The notes beneath the pieces were generated by a model that saw nothing but the letters and a program-made list of their open reading frames with translations, did not search any database and was not told the DNA's origin. Positions 28,228 to 38,300 of a stretch of DNA of 64,000 bases are shown here, in pieces (within the stretch, counting starts at the first letter, position 1; every line of letters begins with the position of its first letter). The stretch comes from Candidatus Krumholzibacteriia bacterium (GTDB lineage Bacteria; Krumholzibacteriota; Krumholzibacteriia; JAJRXK01). Made by a program: the position numbers and the translations under genes. The stretch lies in assembly GCA_041484665.1 (NCBI GenBank), contig JBGPIA010000004.1, positions 64,001 through 128,000 of the forward strand, written 5' to 3'.

Positions 28228-29060
28228 CCCGTCCAGTCCCGCGGGTAGAGGAAGTCCTTGTCCACCGTGCGCGCGCTGAGCTTGAGGATCACCGGGAGCT
28301 TGCGCTTGAACTGGCTGCGCTGGATCATGCCGTGCACGCGGGACACCAGCTCGGGCGAGAACCCCAACGCCGGGAGGTCGTCGGCGCGGCGGCGGCAGTC
28401 CACCAGGTGATACAGCAGCCGGTCGACCTCCTCGTACGTGAAGCCCATCTCCCCCTCGTCGGTCTGCCCCGCCCAGAGGTCCGCGCTGGGCGGCTTGTCC
28501 AGGACCGGCTGCGGCACAGCCAGCCAACTCGCCAGCAGCCGCACCTGTGTCTTGTAGAGATCGCCGATGGGCATCACCGCGCAGGCGGAGTCCCCAAAGA
28601 GCGTACTGTAGCCCAGCAGCAGCTCGGTCTTGTTGCTGGTCCCGATCACCAGGCGACGCTCCGCGGCGCTCACGTCGTAGAGGATGCTCATGCGCTCGCG
28701 CGCCATCTTGTTGCCTCGGCGCAGCGCGCCGGCCTGCGGCCGGCCGGCGAAGTAGGCGTCCACCTGCGCGGTGATGGGCTCGACGCGGGCCGCGATTCCC
28801 AGCGCGCTCGCCACGAGCTGAGCGTGGGCAAGGCTATCGGGCGAACTCGTGGCATGGGGCAGCAGCAGGGCGAGCACGGCGTCGTGACCGAAAGCGCGGC
28901 AGCACAGATGGGCGACCACCGCGCTGTCCAGGCCTCCCGACAAGCCCAGCACCACGTGGGTGAACCCGGTCCGCTCCACCTCCCGCCGTAAGCCCCGGCC
29001 CAGCACGTCCGCCGCGGCGGCCAGGTTCAGCGCCGGCGGCGTGGAGGACCCTTCGCTCAT
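28224..29060 (-). CDS. nadE: NAD+ synthetase (synthetase subunit)
   Basis: VLGLSGGLDS, GNKMARERM, GTSNKTE, IGDLYKTQV, KPPSADLW. Confidence 0.95.
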   Translation of the reverse strand: MSEGSSTPPALNLAAAADVLGRGLRREVERTGFTHVVLGLSGGLDSAVVAHLCCRAFGHDAVLALLLPHATSSPDSLAHAQLVASALGIAARVEPITAQVDAYFAGRPQAGALRRGNKMARERMSILYDVSAAERRLVIGTSNKTELLLGYSTLFGDSACAVMPIGDLYKTQVRLLASWLAVPQPVLDKPPSADLWAGQTDEGEMGFTYEEVDRLLYHLVDCRRRADDLPALGFSPELVSRVHGMIQRSQFKRKLPVILKLSARTVDKDFLYPRDWTG

Positions 29061-30013
29061 GGCGTGCCTGCCCGCGGCGCGGCGGGATCCGAGTCGGCGG
29101 AGGCGGCGGATTCGGGACCGGCGGCGGCAGCGGGATCGCGGCCGGCGGAGCCAGCGTCCTCGCCGCCGGAGCCGCCGCCCAGGATGCGCTGCAACTCGTG
29201 GATCGTCAGCTCGAGGCGCTCCTCGCGTAGCACCGGGTTGGCCAGACGCGCCTGGCGCACGTTGGCATCGTCGATCTCGCCGACCACGAGCTGCTCGTCG
29301 TAGAGGGGCCCGCTCGTCACCACCTCGCCGTCCGGGCCGAACACGGTGCTGCGGCCCCAGAACAGCAGGCCGTCCTCGCTTCCGACCCGGTTGCAGAATG
29401 CGATGTAGGCGCCGTAAAGCCGGGCGTAGCTGCGCAGCGTGTCCATCCAGATCTCTGCGTTGCGCGGCAGCTCGCCCTCGCGCAGATCGCGCACCGGGCT
29501 GGCCGTCTGCACGACGATCAAGTGCGCTCCGTCCAGCAGCAGCAGCCCGACCAGCGAAGGGTGCCAGCAGTCCTCGCAGATGGCGATCCCCAGGCGCCCG
29601 CGTCGCGTGTCGAACGCGGTGACGCGCGCGCCGGATCCGACGTAGCGCGCCTCGTCGAACACCCCGTAGCTGGCCAGGTAGACCTTGCGGTGGACGTGGA
29701 CGACGCGCCCGTCCTCCAGGTAGAACCCGGCGATGTACTGCGCCAAAAGCGGCGACTCCTCGATGCCTCCCACGCAGACGCCCATGGGCGCCGCTTCGCG
29801 TGCGAGCGCCAGCAGCACCGGGTCGTCGGCGCGCAGACTCACTTCGTGCACCAGATCCTGCAGCAGGTAGCCGGTCAGCGACAACTCGGGGAAGACCAGC
29901 AGATCCACGCCGCGCTCGCGCGCCTGCGCGATCCAGCGGCGATGGGCCGCCAGATTCTGCTGCAGGTCGCCCAGGACGGCGTCGCACTGCGCCAGTCCGA
30001 TCACGTACCGCAT
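29057..30013 (-). CDS. Nitrilase/CN-hydrolase, probable glutaminase subunit for NadE
   Basis: E-K-C triad FPELSLTGY / HRKVYL / ICEDCW; ATGA overlap with nadE. Confidence 0.88.
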   Translation of the reverse strand: MRYVIGLAQCDAVLGDLQQNLAAHRRWIAQARERGVDLLVFPELSLTGYLLQDLVHEVSLRADDPVLLALAREAAPMGVCVGGIEESPLLAQYIAGFYLEDGRVVHVHRKVYLASYGVFDEARYVGSGARVTAFDTRRGRLGIAICEDCWHPSLVGLLLLDGAHLIVVQTASPVRDLREGELPRNAEIWMDTLRSYARLYGAYIAFCNRVGSEDGLLFWGRSTVFGPDGEVVTSGPLYDEQLVVGEIDDANVRQARLANPVLREERLELTIHELQRILGGGSGGEDAGSAGRDPAAAAGPESAASADSDPAAPRAGTP

Positions 30014-30108
30014 GCGTCCTCTTCCACGGTGGCGGCCGGCCTGCGCCGCCGTGCCCGCCCGTCACCCCAGGCCCGCGCCCTCATGGCCACCGCCACCTGC
30101 CCGCCGCC

Positions 30109-31554
30109 TCAAACCCGCCGCCAGAAGTCCGGCGTCAGCAGCACCAGCAGCGTCAGCAGCTCGAGCCTGCCCAGCAGCATACAGAAGATCAGGATCCATT
30201 TCCCCATCGGGGAGACGGCTGCGAACCCCGCCGCCTGGCCGACGGCGCCAAACGCCGTCCCGGTGTTGCCGAGGGTGGCGGCGACCGCGCCGATGGCGGA
30301 GGGCAGGTCCAGCCCCGTGGCGGTCATGGCCAGCGTGCCCAGGGTGCCCGCGGCCAGCAGCAGCAGGAAAAGCCCCACCACGTGCGAGAAGGCGTCGGGG
30401 GTTACAGCGTGCCCGTTGTAGCGCAGCGCGTAGACCGCGTGCGGGTGCAGGAGCTTGCGCAGCTCGTTGCGGGCGTGGCGCAGCAGCAGGAGCACGCGCA
30501 CGATCTTCAGCCCACCCGCGGTGCTTCCGGCACAACCGCCGATCAGCATGAGCATCACCAGCATGGCCTGCACGAGCCCCGTGCGAGAGGCGGGGTCGGT
30601 GGCCGCGAACCCCGCGGTGGTGGTGGTCGAGACCGCCCGCAGCAGCCCCGTGCGCACCGCTTGCGCGGCCGCAGTCGGGGATGCGGCGAGGCCCATGGCG
30701 ACCATCACGAGCGCCACCGCGGCGGTCAGCGCCAGGTAGGTGCGCAGCTCCTGGTCGCGCAGCACCGTCCTCCACTGCCCGCGCGAGAGGAGCAGCAGCA
30801 GCGCGAAATTGGTGCCGCCCAGCAGCATGAACACGATGGTCACCAGCTCCACGGGCAGGCTCTGCAGAGCCGCGATCGAGCCCTCCCGCGTGGAGAAGCC
30901 GCCGGTGCTCACGGTGGAGAAGGCGTGGCAGATGGCATCGAACGGCGAGAGGCCGCACGCAAGCAGCGCCAGCACTGCCGCTGCCGAGATCAGCACGTAG
31001 ATGCCGGACAAGAGCCGCACGCTTTCCCGCACGCGCGGCGTGAGACGGTTGGCCGCGCTGCTCGCGCGCTGCGTGCTCAGCAGCTGTACGGCCCCCACGC
31101 CGACGCGGGGCAGCACCGCCACTGCCAGCAGCACCATGGCCATCCCCCCCAGCCATTGCATGAGACTGCGCCACAGCAGCACGCCGCGCGGCAGACGGGC
31201 GAGGCCCGGCAGCACCGACGCGCCGGTGGTGGTGAAGCCGCTCACCGCCTCGAACAGGGCATCCAAGAAGCGCGGCGCGGCCCCCGACAGCCACAGGGGC
31301 ATCGCGCCCACCAGACAGGCGACCGCCGCCCCGATGGCAACTGCCAGCACGGTCCCCTGCAGGTGCGGCTCCCGGTGCTCGCGCAGGAGCAGGTGCAGCG
31401 CCGCGCCGATGAGCAACGCCGCCAACTGCACCAGCAGGAACGCCGCCCAGGCACGCTCGCCGTAGTAGAGGGAGATCGAGAGCGGCAGCAGGAGAGCCGC
31501 ACCCAGCCCGATCAGGAGCAGTCCCACGCTGCGGCCCAACGCGTGGACGTCCAT
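30109..31554 (-). CDS. trkH: Trk potassium uptake membrane protein
   Basis: SGFTTTGA, WLGGM, STVSTGGF, IGGCAGSTAGGLK, MLLGRLE. Confidence 0.93.
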   Translation of the reverse strand: MDVHALGRSVGLLLIGLGAALLLPLSISLYYGERAWAAFLLVQLAALLIGAALHLLLREHREPHLQGTVLAVAIGAAVACLVGAMPLWLSGAAPRFLDALFEAVSGFTTTGASVLPGLARLPRGVLLWRSLMQWLGGMAMVLLAVAVLPRVGVGAVQLLSTQRASSAANRLTPRVRESVRLLSGIYVLISAAAVLALLACGLSPFDAICHAFSTVSTGGFSTREGSIAALQSLPVELVTIVFMLLGGTNFALLLLLSRGQWRTVLRDQELRTYLALTAAVALVMVAMGLAASPTAAAQAVRTGLLRAVSTTTTAGFAATDPASRTGLVQAMLVMLMLIGGCAGSTAGGLKIVRVLLLLRHARNELRKLLHPHAVYALRYNGHAVTPDAFSHVVGLFLLLLAAGTLGTLAMTATGLDLPSAIGAVAATLGNTGTAFGAVGQAAGFAAVSPMGKWILIFCMLLGRLELLTLLVLLTPDFWRRV

Positions 31555-31580
31555 GCTGCGTCCCCGCCGCGCAGCCCCGG

Positions 31581-32912
31581 TCAGAACAGCCTCTGCACGG
31601 CGCGCTCGATCCCGGGCAGGGTGAACACCACGACACGGTCACCGGGCTCGATCACATCCCCACCGTGGGGGATGACGACCTCGTAGGGCTTGATGATGGC
31701 CCCCACCAGGGCATTGCGCGGGAACTCCAGCTGCGACAGGGGCACGCCCACCGCCTTGCTCTTGTCGGTGGCGGAAAGCTCGAGGATCTCCACCTGGTTC
31801 TCCCGCAGCGAGGTCATGCTGAGCACGTTGCCCTTGCGGAAGTAGCGCATGATGGCGTCGGCGGTGGAGATGCGTGGGCTGACGGCGGCGTCGATGCCGA
31901 TGACGGATGCCAGCGGCACGTAGTGCAGCCCCTTGATCACGGCGATCGTCTTGCGGGCGCCGTGATAACGCGCCACCAGGCTGGCGGTGATGTTGAGCTG
32001 TTCGTCGTCGCTGACGGCCACGAACCCGTCGGCATTGTCGATCCCCTCGCTGCGCAGCAGCTCCTGGTCGGTTCCGTCGCCCAGGAGCACCAGGGCCTTG
32101 TCCAGCTGGTGGCTCGCGCGCTGCGCCGCCTCGGGGTCGCGGTCGATGAGCTTGACGGTGATCCCGTCCTTGCCCAGCCGGGCGGCCAGTGAGATCCCGA
32201 TGTGATTGGCGCCCACGATCATCACGAAGTGGACGGGGGGTGCGGGCAAGGACAGATACTGCAGGCCCTCCTCCATCTTGCCGCTGCGGCCCACCACGAA
32301 CACCTGGTCGTCCTCGCGCAGCATCTCGTCGCCGCCCGGGATGATGGTCTGCTCGCCACGCTTGATGGCGGCCACCAGGGCCCAGCGCGAGCCGATCTCC
32401 TCCTCGATGGCGCGCAGGCTCTTGCCCACCACCGGCGCTCCGGCGCCGACCCGGGCGCCGATGACCTGGACCCGCCCGTCGGCGAACTCGTAGATGTCGG
32501 TGGCCGCGCGCTTGAGCAGCAGCTGGCCGATCTCATCCACCGCCTCGAGATCGGGGTTGATCATCTGGTCGATCTCCTCGAACGCGGAGACCCCCTCGCT
32601 GTAATAGTCCTCGCTGCGAACCCGTGCGACCTTCACCGGCACGCCCAGGCGATGCGCCGCCAGGCAGGAGAGGATGTTAATCTCGTCCACGTTGGTGACC
32701 GCGATCAAGATGTCGGCTTTCTCGACCCCGGCCTCCTGCAGCAGGCGCGCGCTGGCGCCGCTGCCGTGCAGGATCATGACGTCGAGGCTCTTCTGCGCCG
32801 CGGCGACGATCCCGTCGTGGGACTCGATCACGGTGACGTCGTGACGCTCCCGGGAGAGGCGGCGCGCCACCAGCGATCCGACCGCCCCCGCTCCCACGAT
32901 GATGATCTTCAT
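31581..32912 (-). CDS. trkA: Trk potassium uptake NAD-binding subunit (two RCK domains)
   Basis: MKIIIVGAGAVG, tandem RCK N/C domains, IPHGGDVIEPGD. Confidence 0.95.
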   Translation of the reverse strand: MKIIIVGAGAVGSLVARRLSRERHDVTVIESHDGIVAAAQKSLDVMILHGSGASARLLQEAGVEKADILIAVTNVDEINILSCLAAHRLGVPVKVARVRSEDYYSEGVSAFEEIDQMINPDLEAVDEIGQLLLKRAATDIYEFADGRVQVIGARVGAGAPVVGKSLRAIEEEIGSRWALVAAIKRGEQTIIPGGDEMLREDDQVFVVGRSGKMEEGLQYLSLPAPPVHFVMIVGANHIGISLAARLGKDGITVKLIDRDPEAAQRASHQLDKALVLLGDGTDQELLRSEGIDNADGFVAVSDDEQLNITASLVARYHGARKTIAVIKGLHYVPLASVIGIDAAVSPRISTADAIMRYFRKGNVLSMTSLRENQVEILELSATDKSKAVGVPLSQLEFPRNALVGAIIKPYEVVIPHGGDVIEPGDRVVVFTLPGIERAVQRLF

Positions 32913-32971
32913 GGACGACTCGACCTCTGGGACGACGCGACCTCAAGTGGCTCCGGCGGTCCGTGGCGCCC

Positions 32972-33759
32972 TCAGAGCGCCAGCTGGCTCGCCGCGCGGG
33001 CTGCGCGCTCGCAGTCCTGTGTACTCACGTCCAGGTGGGTTACCATGCGCAGCCGCGTGGGGCCCAGGACGCTGACCAGCACGCCCGCAGCCGCCGCCCG
33101 GCGGCCACCATCTCGGCTGTGCCGGCCAGCGCGGACCCCAGCGGCGCAGCCAGCCCCTTGCTGAAGCAGACCGCGACCGAGTCGGCTGCTTGCGCCCATC
33201 GCCGCGGTGCGATCGCCGTGGCCACCACCGCGTTCCACAGCCGGGCGCCGTCGAAGTGCGGGCGCAGTCCGCGGGGCCGCGCCCCCGCGGCGATCTGGTC
33301 CATCTCCGCCAGCAGCACGATTGCGCAACCGGCTCGGTTGTGGGTGTTCTCCAGGCACACCAGCGCGGGCTGCGCGCAGTGGATGTCATCTTCGTGCAGC
33401 GCCTCCTCGATCTGCGGCCATGCCAGTGCGCCGTGCACACCGGCGACGGGCGTGAGCTGCAGCCCCGACAGCGCGGCCGGAGCGCCCGCCTCGTAACGCA
33501 GCACGTGCGCCTGCGCCACCACGATCACCTGGTTGCCAGGGCGTGCCTGGGCGGCGAAGTCGAGCTGGTTGGCCATGGTGCCGCTGGGCGTGAACAGGGC
33601 GGCCTGCTTGCCCAGCAGGGCCGCGACGCGCGCCTGCAGCGCCTGCACCGTGGGATCGTCCCCCAGGACATCGTCGCCCACTTCGGCTCGGGCAATCGCC
33701 TCGCGCATGGCCGGTCCGGGCCGGGTCACGGTGTCGCTGCGAAGATCGATGGGGATCAT
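32972..33759 (-). pseudogene. ltaE: Low-specificity L-threonine aldolase with internal deletion and frameshift
   Basis: [39 protein letters not shown] in one frame; C-terminal LRMVTHLDVS in another; the GGGMRQ-containing segment is missing. Confidence 0.8.
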
Positions 33760-33842
33760 GGGCCTGCCGGCTCCATGGAGAAGGCTCCGGGGCGGAGCGG
33801 GCGCCGCCTCCGCCGGGCGGCGCGGCGGCGGGGCAGGGGGGC

Positions 33843-34121
33843 TCAGGGCATCGCGACGCGGTCCTTGAGCATCTTGCTCACCTTGAACACGGGGACCCTG
33901 CGCGCGGGAACCGGGACGGAGTCGCCGGTGCGAGGGTTGCGCGCCATCCGCGACTTGCGCTGCTTGACCTTGAAGGTGCCGAAGCCGCGGATCTCCAGGT
34001 GCTTCCCCGCCGCCAGGGCGTCGCCGATGCTCTTCAGGAAGAGCTCGACCGCCTCGCTCACCTCTTTCTTGGTCAGACCGGTGCGCAGCGCGATGTCCTC
34101 GACGATATCCTGCTTCGTCAT
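33843..34121 (-). CDS. hup: HU/IHF-family DNA-binding protein
   Basis: MTKQDIV, IRGFGTF, ARNPRTG, VPVFK. Confidence 0.93.
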   Translation of the reverse strand: MTKQDIVEDIALRTGLTKKEVSEAVELFLKSIGDALAAGKHLEIRGFGTFKVKQRKSRMARNPRTGDSVPVPARRVPVFKVSKMLKDRVAMP

Positions 34122-34422
34122 GTCGAACCACCTCGGATCCGCTGATGGCCCCGCACGGCCTTCGCCTGGCCGGGGGCGGAGGGCCGGGAGAGTCCTTCTA
34201 GGGATACGCTGCCACTAACCCCTTGTCAACGTCCAGGTTACTGCCGCTGCGGCAGCCTGCATCGCGGCGCGCGCCCGCCGTGCAAAATCACCCTTCCCCG
34301 CGCTTCCTTTCCGCTCCGGAATCCCCAGCACCGCTGGGTGCCGACGACGGAACATGGGCAACCGCCGTAGCCTGGAGCGCGATCCCCCGTCCCGTGTGGA
34401 GCTACCCTGCGTCCTTGGAGCG

Positions 34423-34439
34423 CTGGTATACCCTTTGCT
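34423..34439 (+). promoter_or_regulatory. Putative sigma54 promoter for the FN3 lipoprotein
   Basis: CTGGTATACCCTTTGCT: GG-N10-GC with TTGCT. Confidence 0.6.
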
Positions 34440-34599
34440 TTCCCCCAGGGTCGACCTCGGGGGGCTCGCTGGCCGCGCTCTGCGCGGGCCTGCGCTCCTC
34501 CACGGCGCCAATGCACGCACACAGGCCTACACGGCAAAGCCTGCCCCGCTGGACTTGGAACGGGAGGCCCAGCTCGTAGCGCGGAGGGACTACATCATC

Positions 34600-35052
34600 A
34601 TGGCGGACACCAAGCGCGGCTCGATTCTCCTTCTGCTGAACATGCTCTGCATCGTGTTGCTCGCGGTGGCGGGCTGCAGCAAGGATGCAAGCAAGACGAC
34701 TGCCCCGATCGTCGACACGATTCCACCGTCGATCCCAGACGGCATCGCAGCGGCGGTCGGCGACGGCGACCAGGTGGCTCTCACCTGGCAAGCAAACACG
34801 GTCGACAGCGATCTCCAGGGCTACGTCGTATACCGGAGCAACGAGCTCCTGCAGGGCTTCCGGCCCATCACCGCGCAGCCGGTCACCAGCAACTCCTGGG
34901 TGGACATGCACACGCACGCCGGCGAGACCTACTACTACTCCGTCGCCGCGCGGGACGTGTCCCACAACGAGAGCGGACGGTCGGCCACCTTCGAGGTGAG
35001 CATTCCGCCACCGCCCTACGAGAGCACCCCCACCGAGATCCCGACCCCCTGA
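34600..35052 (+). CDS. Lipoprotein with one fibronectin type III domain
   Basis: Lipobox VAGC, DTIPPSIP, LTWQAN, GYVVYRS, YYYSVAARD..NES; GGAGG RBS. Confidence 0.85.
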   Translation: MADTKRGSILLLLNMLCIVLLAVAGCSKDASKTTAPIVDTIPPSIPDGIAAAVGDGDQVALTWQANTVDSDLQGYVVYRSNELLQGFRPITAQPVTSNSWVDMHTHAGETYYYSVAARDVSHNESGRSATFEVSIPPPPYESTPTEIPTP

Positions 35053-35091
35053 CCGCTGCCCGGAGCTCAGCGGCGCGGGTGCCGACCTGGC

Positions 35092-35124
35092 GCAGAAGCC
35101 CCGGGCCAAGCCCGGGGCTTCTGC
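35092..35124 (+). terminator. Terminator-like hairpin
   Basis: Perfect 15-bp stem GCAGAAGCCCCGGGC-CAA-GCCCGGGGCTTCTGC; weak U tract. Confidence 0.65.
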
Positions 35125-35218
35125 CGTTGCGGCGGCCTGGGGAGGCGGCCGCCCGGTACCCCCGCTCCCAACGCTCCGCCGCGGCTTGCGGGGCCTGGGG
35201 GTGCCCGATCGCTCCCAA

Positions 35219-35235
35219 TTGGTACAAGTTTCGCT
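35219..35235 (+). promoter_or_regulatory. Putative sigma54 promoter for the large TPR gene
   Basis: TTGGTACAAGTTTCGCT: GG-N10-GC. Confidence 0.5.
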
Positions 35236-35306
35236 GCTCCGCCCCTGCCGGCGCATAGGGCGCCCAACCATTGCAGGATCCGCCACCGGTCAGACGCCAC
35301 AAGCCT

Positions 35307-38300
35307 ATGGATCGCAATCTGGAGAAAACCCTGCGCAAGATCCAGGCGCTGCGCGCCGCCGGTCAGCAGGACCGCGCGCTCAAGCAGCTCCAGGATCTCG
35401 CCCGCAAGCACCCCGATACCCCGCATTACCAGTACGAGGCGGCCATGGTCGCCTTCGACCTGGGCGACTACGGGGTCGGGCTGACGGCGCTGAAGGGCCT
35501 GCTGCGCGCCGCCCCCGACACCCGCGAGAAGGTGCTCAAGGCCTGCTGCGACCGGTTCAACGCCCAACCGACCCTGCCGCTGGCCGAGTTCTTGGTCGAG
35601 CAGTTGTTGGCCGACCGCAAGCTCCAGGAGGCGCTGTCCGTCGCCCAGGCGCTCGCCCCGCCCGAGCTGGAGGTCTACCGCAAGAAGGCCAGCGTCCGGC
35701 AGCGGTCGCTCTCGACCTCGCCGGATACCCCCAAGGATCTGCTACGGGCGGGCCACCTCACCCAGCTGGTGATCGCCCGCGCCGCCCGCGAGCCGCAGGC
35801 ACTGGCCGAGTCCATCGAGGCGCTGCTCGCCCTCGACCCCACGCTGGCCCCGGTGCTGGGCGAGATCTGCGCGGCCGCGCTGACCGATCACCAGCGGGAG
35901 CCGCGGCTATTGCTGGTGCACGGCCGCTGTCTGCTGCAGTCCGGGCGCGTTGCGTCGGGCACCGAGAAGCTGGTGGAGGCCTGCAGCCTGCAACCGGCCG
36001 AGGCGCCGGGGGCGCTGGCCCTGGCCAGCGCGCAGCAACCATCGGCCGACCAGCGGGCCGTCTGGCTGCGCTGCGTGGGTGACCTGGCGCTGCTGGCGCG
36101 TGACGGGAAGGTCGCGGCTGCGTCGTTCCGCGAGGCCGCGGACGTGGATCCGACGTTGCGGACCACGCTGCTCTCCCGGCTGGAGGCGGCGCCCGAGCCC
36201 GACTCGAAGGAGGGGCTGGCGGAGTTGCTGAAGCTGCGGCTGCGTCTGATGGTGGTGCAGCGGCACTACGGGAGCATTCCCGCCCTCACCGAGCGGATTC
36301 TCAGCGAGGGTCTGGCGCCCCCCGAGGAGCTGCGCGGGCTCATGGGCGAGGGCTCCGCGGGACCCGCGGGACCCGCGGGACCGCAGAAGCGCCCGGCCGA
36401 GCTGGTCATGATCCTGGCCGAGGCGGCGCTGGCCGCGACCGATCTGCGCGCGGTCGCCAACTACCTGGCCGAGATCCCCGACACCGACGACCACTCCCTG
36501 CACCGGCTCCTGCGCAGCCTCGAGAAGGCGCTGCCCCAATGGCCGCAGGACGACCGCCTGGAGCTGCTGGCTCTGCTGGCGATCGTGCAAGCGCGGGTCG
36601 GCGACCGCGAGGAGTCGAACAAGACCTTGGTCGGCATGTGGGGCGACCGCTCGGACAAGCTCGACGTGCTGTTCGCCATCACCGAGCGCTGCCTGGAGCG
36701 CGTCCATCCCACCCCCACGCTGCTCACGTGCTTCTTGCCGCACGCGCTGCGGCAGGGCAAGGAGTCGCTGGTCGCCCGCGCGCTGGACAGCGTGCTGCGC
36801 CACACGCCCGAGAACGTCAAGTGGTTGGTCACCGATCTCATCGAGTACATCGACGGCCACCCCCAGCACGCCGGAAACCTCCTGAAGCTGCTCGACGAAT
36901 GCGACAAGGACCTGGGGGCCGCCCAGCACCTGCGCTATCCCGTGGCCTGCGCGGCGCTCCTGGCCCAGCGATTCGAGCGTGCGATCCCCGAGTTCCAGAT
37001 CCTGCTCATGGCGCGCCCGCAGCTCGCCAGCGAGGTGCTCGAGCGCGTGCGCAAAGCCCTGCGCGAGAATCCGGGCGACCTGCACCTCAACCTCTCGGCC
37101 TACGAGCTGCTGGCCGAGGAGAAGGCCTGGGGCGAGGCGGCGCAGTGTCTGGAGCAGGCCCTGAAGGCCGATCCCACGCGCATCGAGGAGCTCTCGCAGC
37201 GATTCGACCAGCTGCTCGAGCGCGACCCGCAGAGCCTCGAGCTGTGGCGCTGCTACGCCGATGCGCTGTTCGCCGTGGGCCGCTTCGGACAGGTGGCCGC
37301 GGTCTGCGAGCGGGCCAGCGGCCACCTGCAGCCCGACGAGCAGGGTGATTTCCGCCTGCTGCGGGCGCGCATGATGGTCGAGGACGGACACCTCAGCGAG
37401 GCCCTCGACGTCGTCGCCGAGCTCCTGGAGTCGGGCGCCGTCACGCCCGCGCGCTCGGCGGACGTGGTGCGGGCGGTGGTGGCGGCCGACCCCACGAGCG
37501 GCCGGGCGCAACTGCTGCTGGGTGTGGCCAGCGCGGAGGACGGTCTGCTGGATGCGGCCATCGAGGCGCTGGTCGCCGCGGCCCGCGCGGACCGCACGCT
37601 GGTGGGCGCCGTGACGCAGAAGCTCGAGGAGCTCGCGGCGCGACCCGCGGCGCAGCCAGCCCACCTGGTGCAGCTGGCGGGCTTCTACCGCTGGAAGGGC
37701 GCGACCAAGGAAGCGGCGCGCGCCTACGAGCAGGCCCTGCGCCTGGACCGCGAGATGTCCGAGCGGGTGCTACTGGAGCTCTCGCGGGAGCTCGACGATC
37801 CGCACGGCGACCTGGCGCTCACCATGGTCGGCGCTCGCGCTGCGCGCATGGCCGGCCGGGCGGAGCAGGCCTGCACGCTGCTGACGCAGGTCTACAGCCG
37901 CGACACCGGACGCTTCGAGTCGGTACTGGCCGAGCTGCGCAAGACCGCCGACGATTTCCAGGGCGAGATGCTCGCACCGCGCACCATGGCGCGCGTGCTG
38001 CTGGCGCACCGCTCCCAGTCGGCGGCGGCCGAAGTGATCATGGCGCTGGCGGAGAACACGCGCTACCCGCTCCAGGCTCGCCTGGAGACGCTGCAGGAGT
38101 TCCACAAGCGCCTGTCCGGCCACGCGGGGCTGGCCATCTCGCTGGCGCAGCTGTGGAGCGCCGGCGGCAACGTCGAGGAGGCGGTCGAGCTCCTGTGGCT
38201 GGCCGTCGACGGGGAGGAGCTGGATGCCCCGCGCGCGGCGCGTGTCTGCCGCTCGCTGCTGCAGTCCGCGCCGGAGCACGGCGAGCTGCGCCTGATCCTG

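Noticed and set aside
33085..33097. Programmed frameshift in ltaE
   Set aside because: No slippery heptamer, and a conserved internal segment is missing, so a frameshift could not restore the enzyme
34201..34229. sigma70 promoter for HU (TTGACA-N17-TATCCC, minus strand)
   Set aside because: Perfect -35 but the -10 lacks the conserved final T; plausible but not supported enough to list
34500..34570. c-di-GMP-I riboswitch-like GGCAAA element in the lipoprotein leader
   Set aside because: Only a short CAGGC/GCCTG hairpin; the GNRA tetraloop, receptor and second stem are not evident
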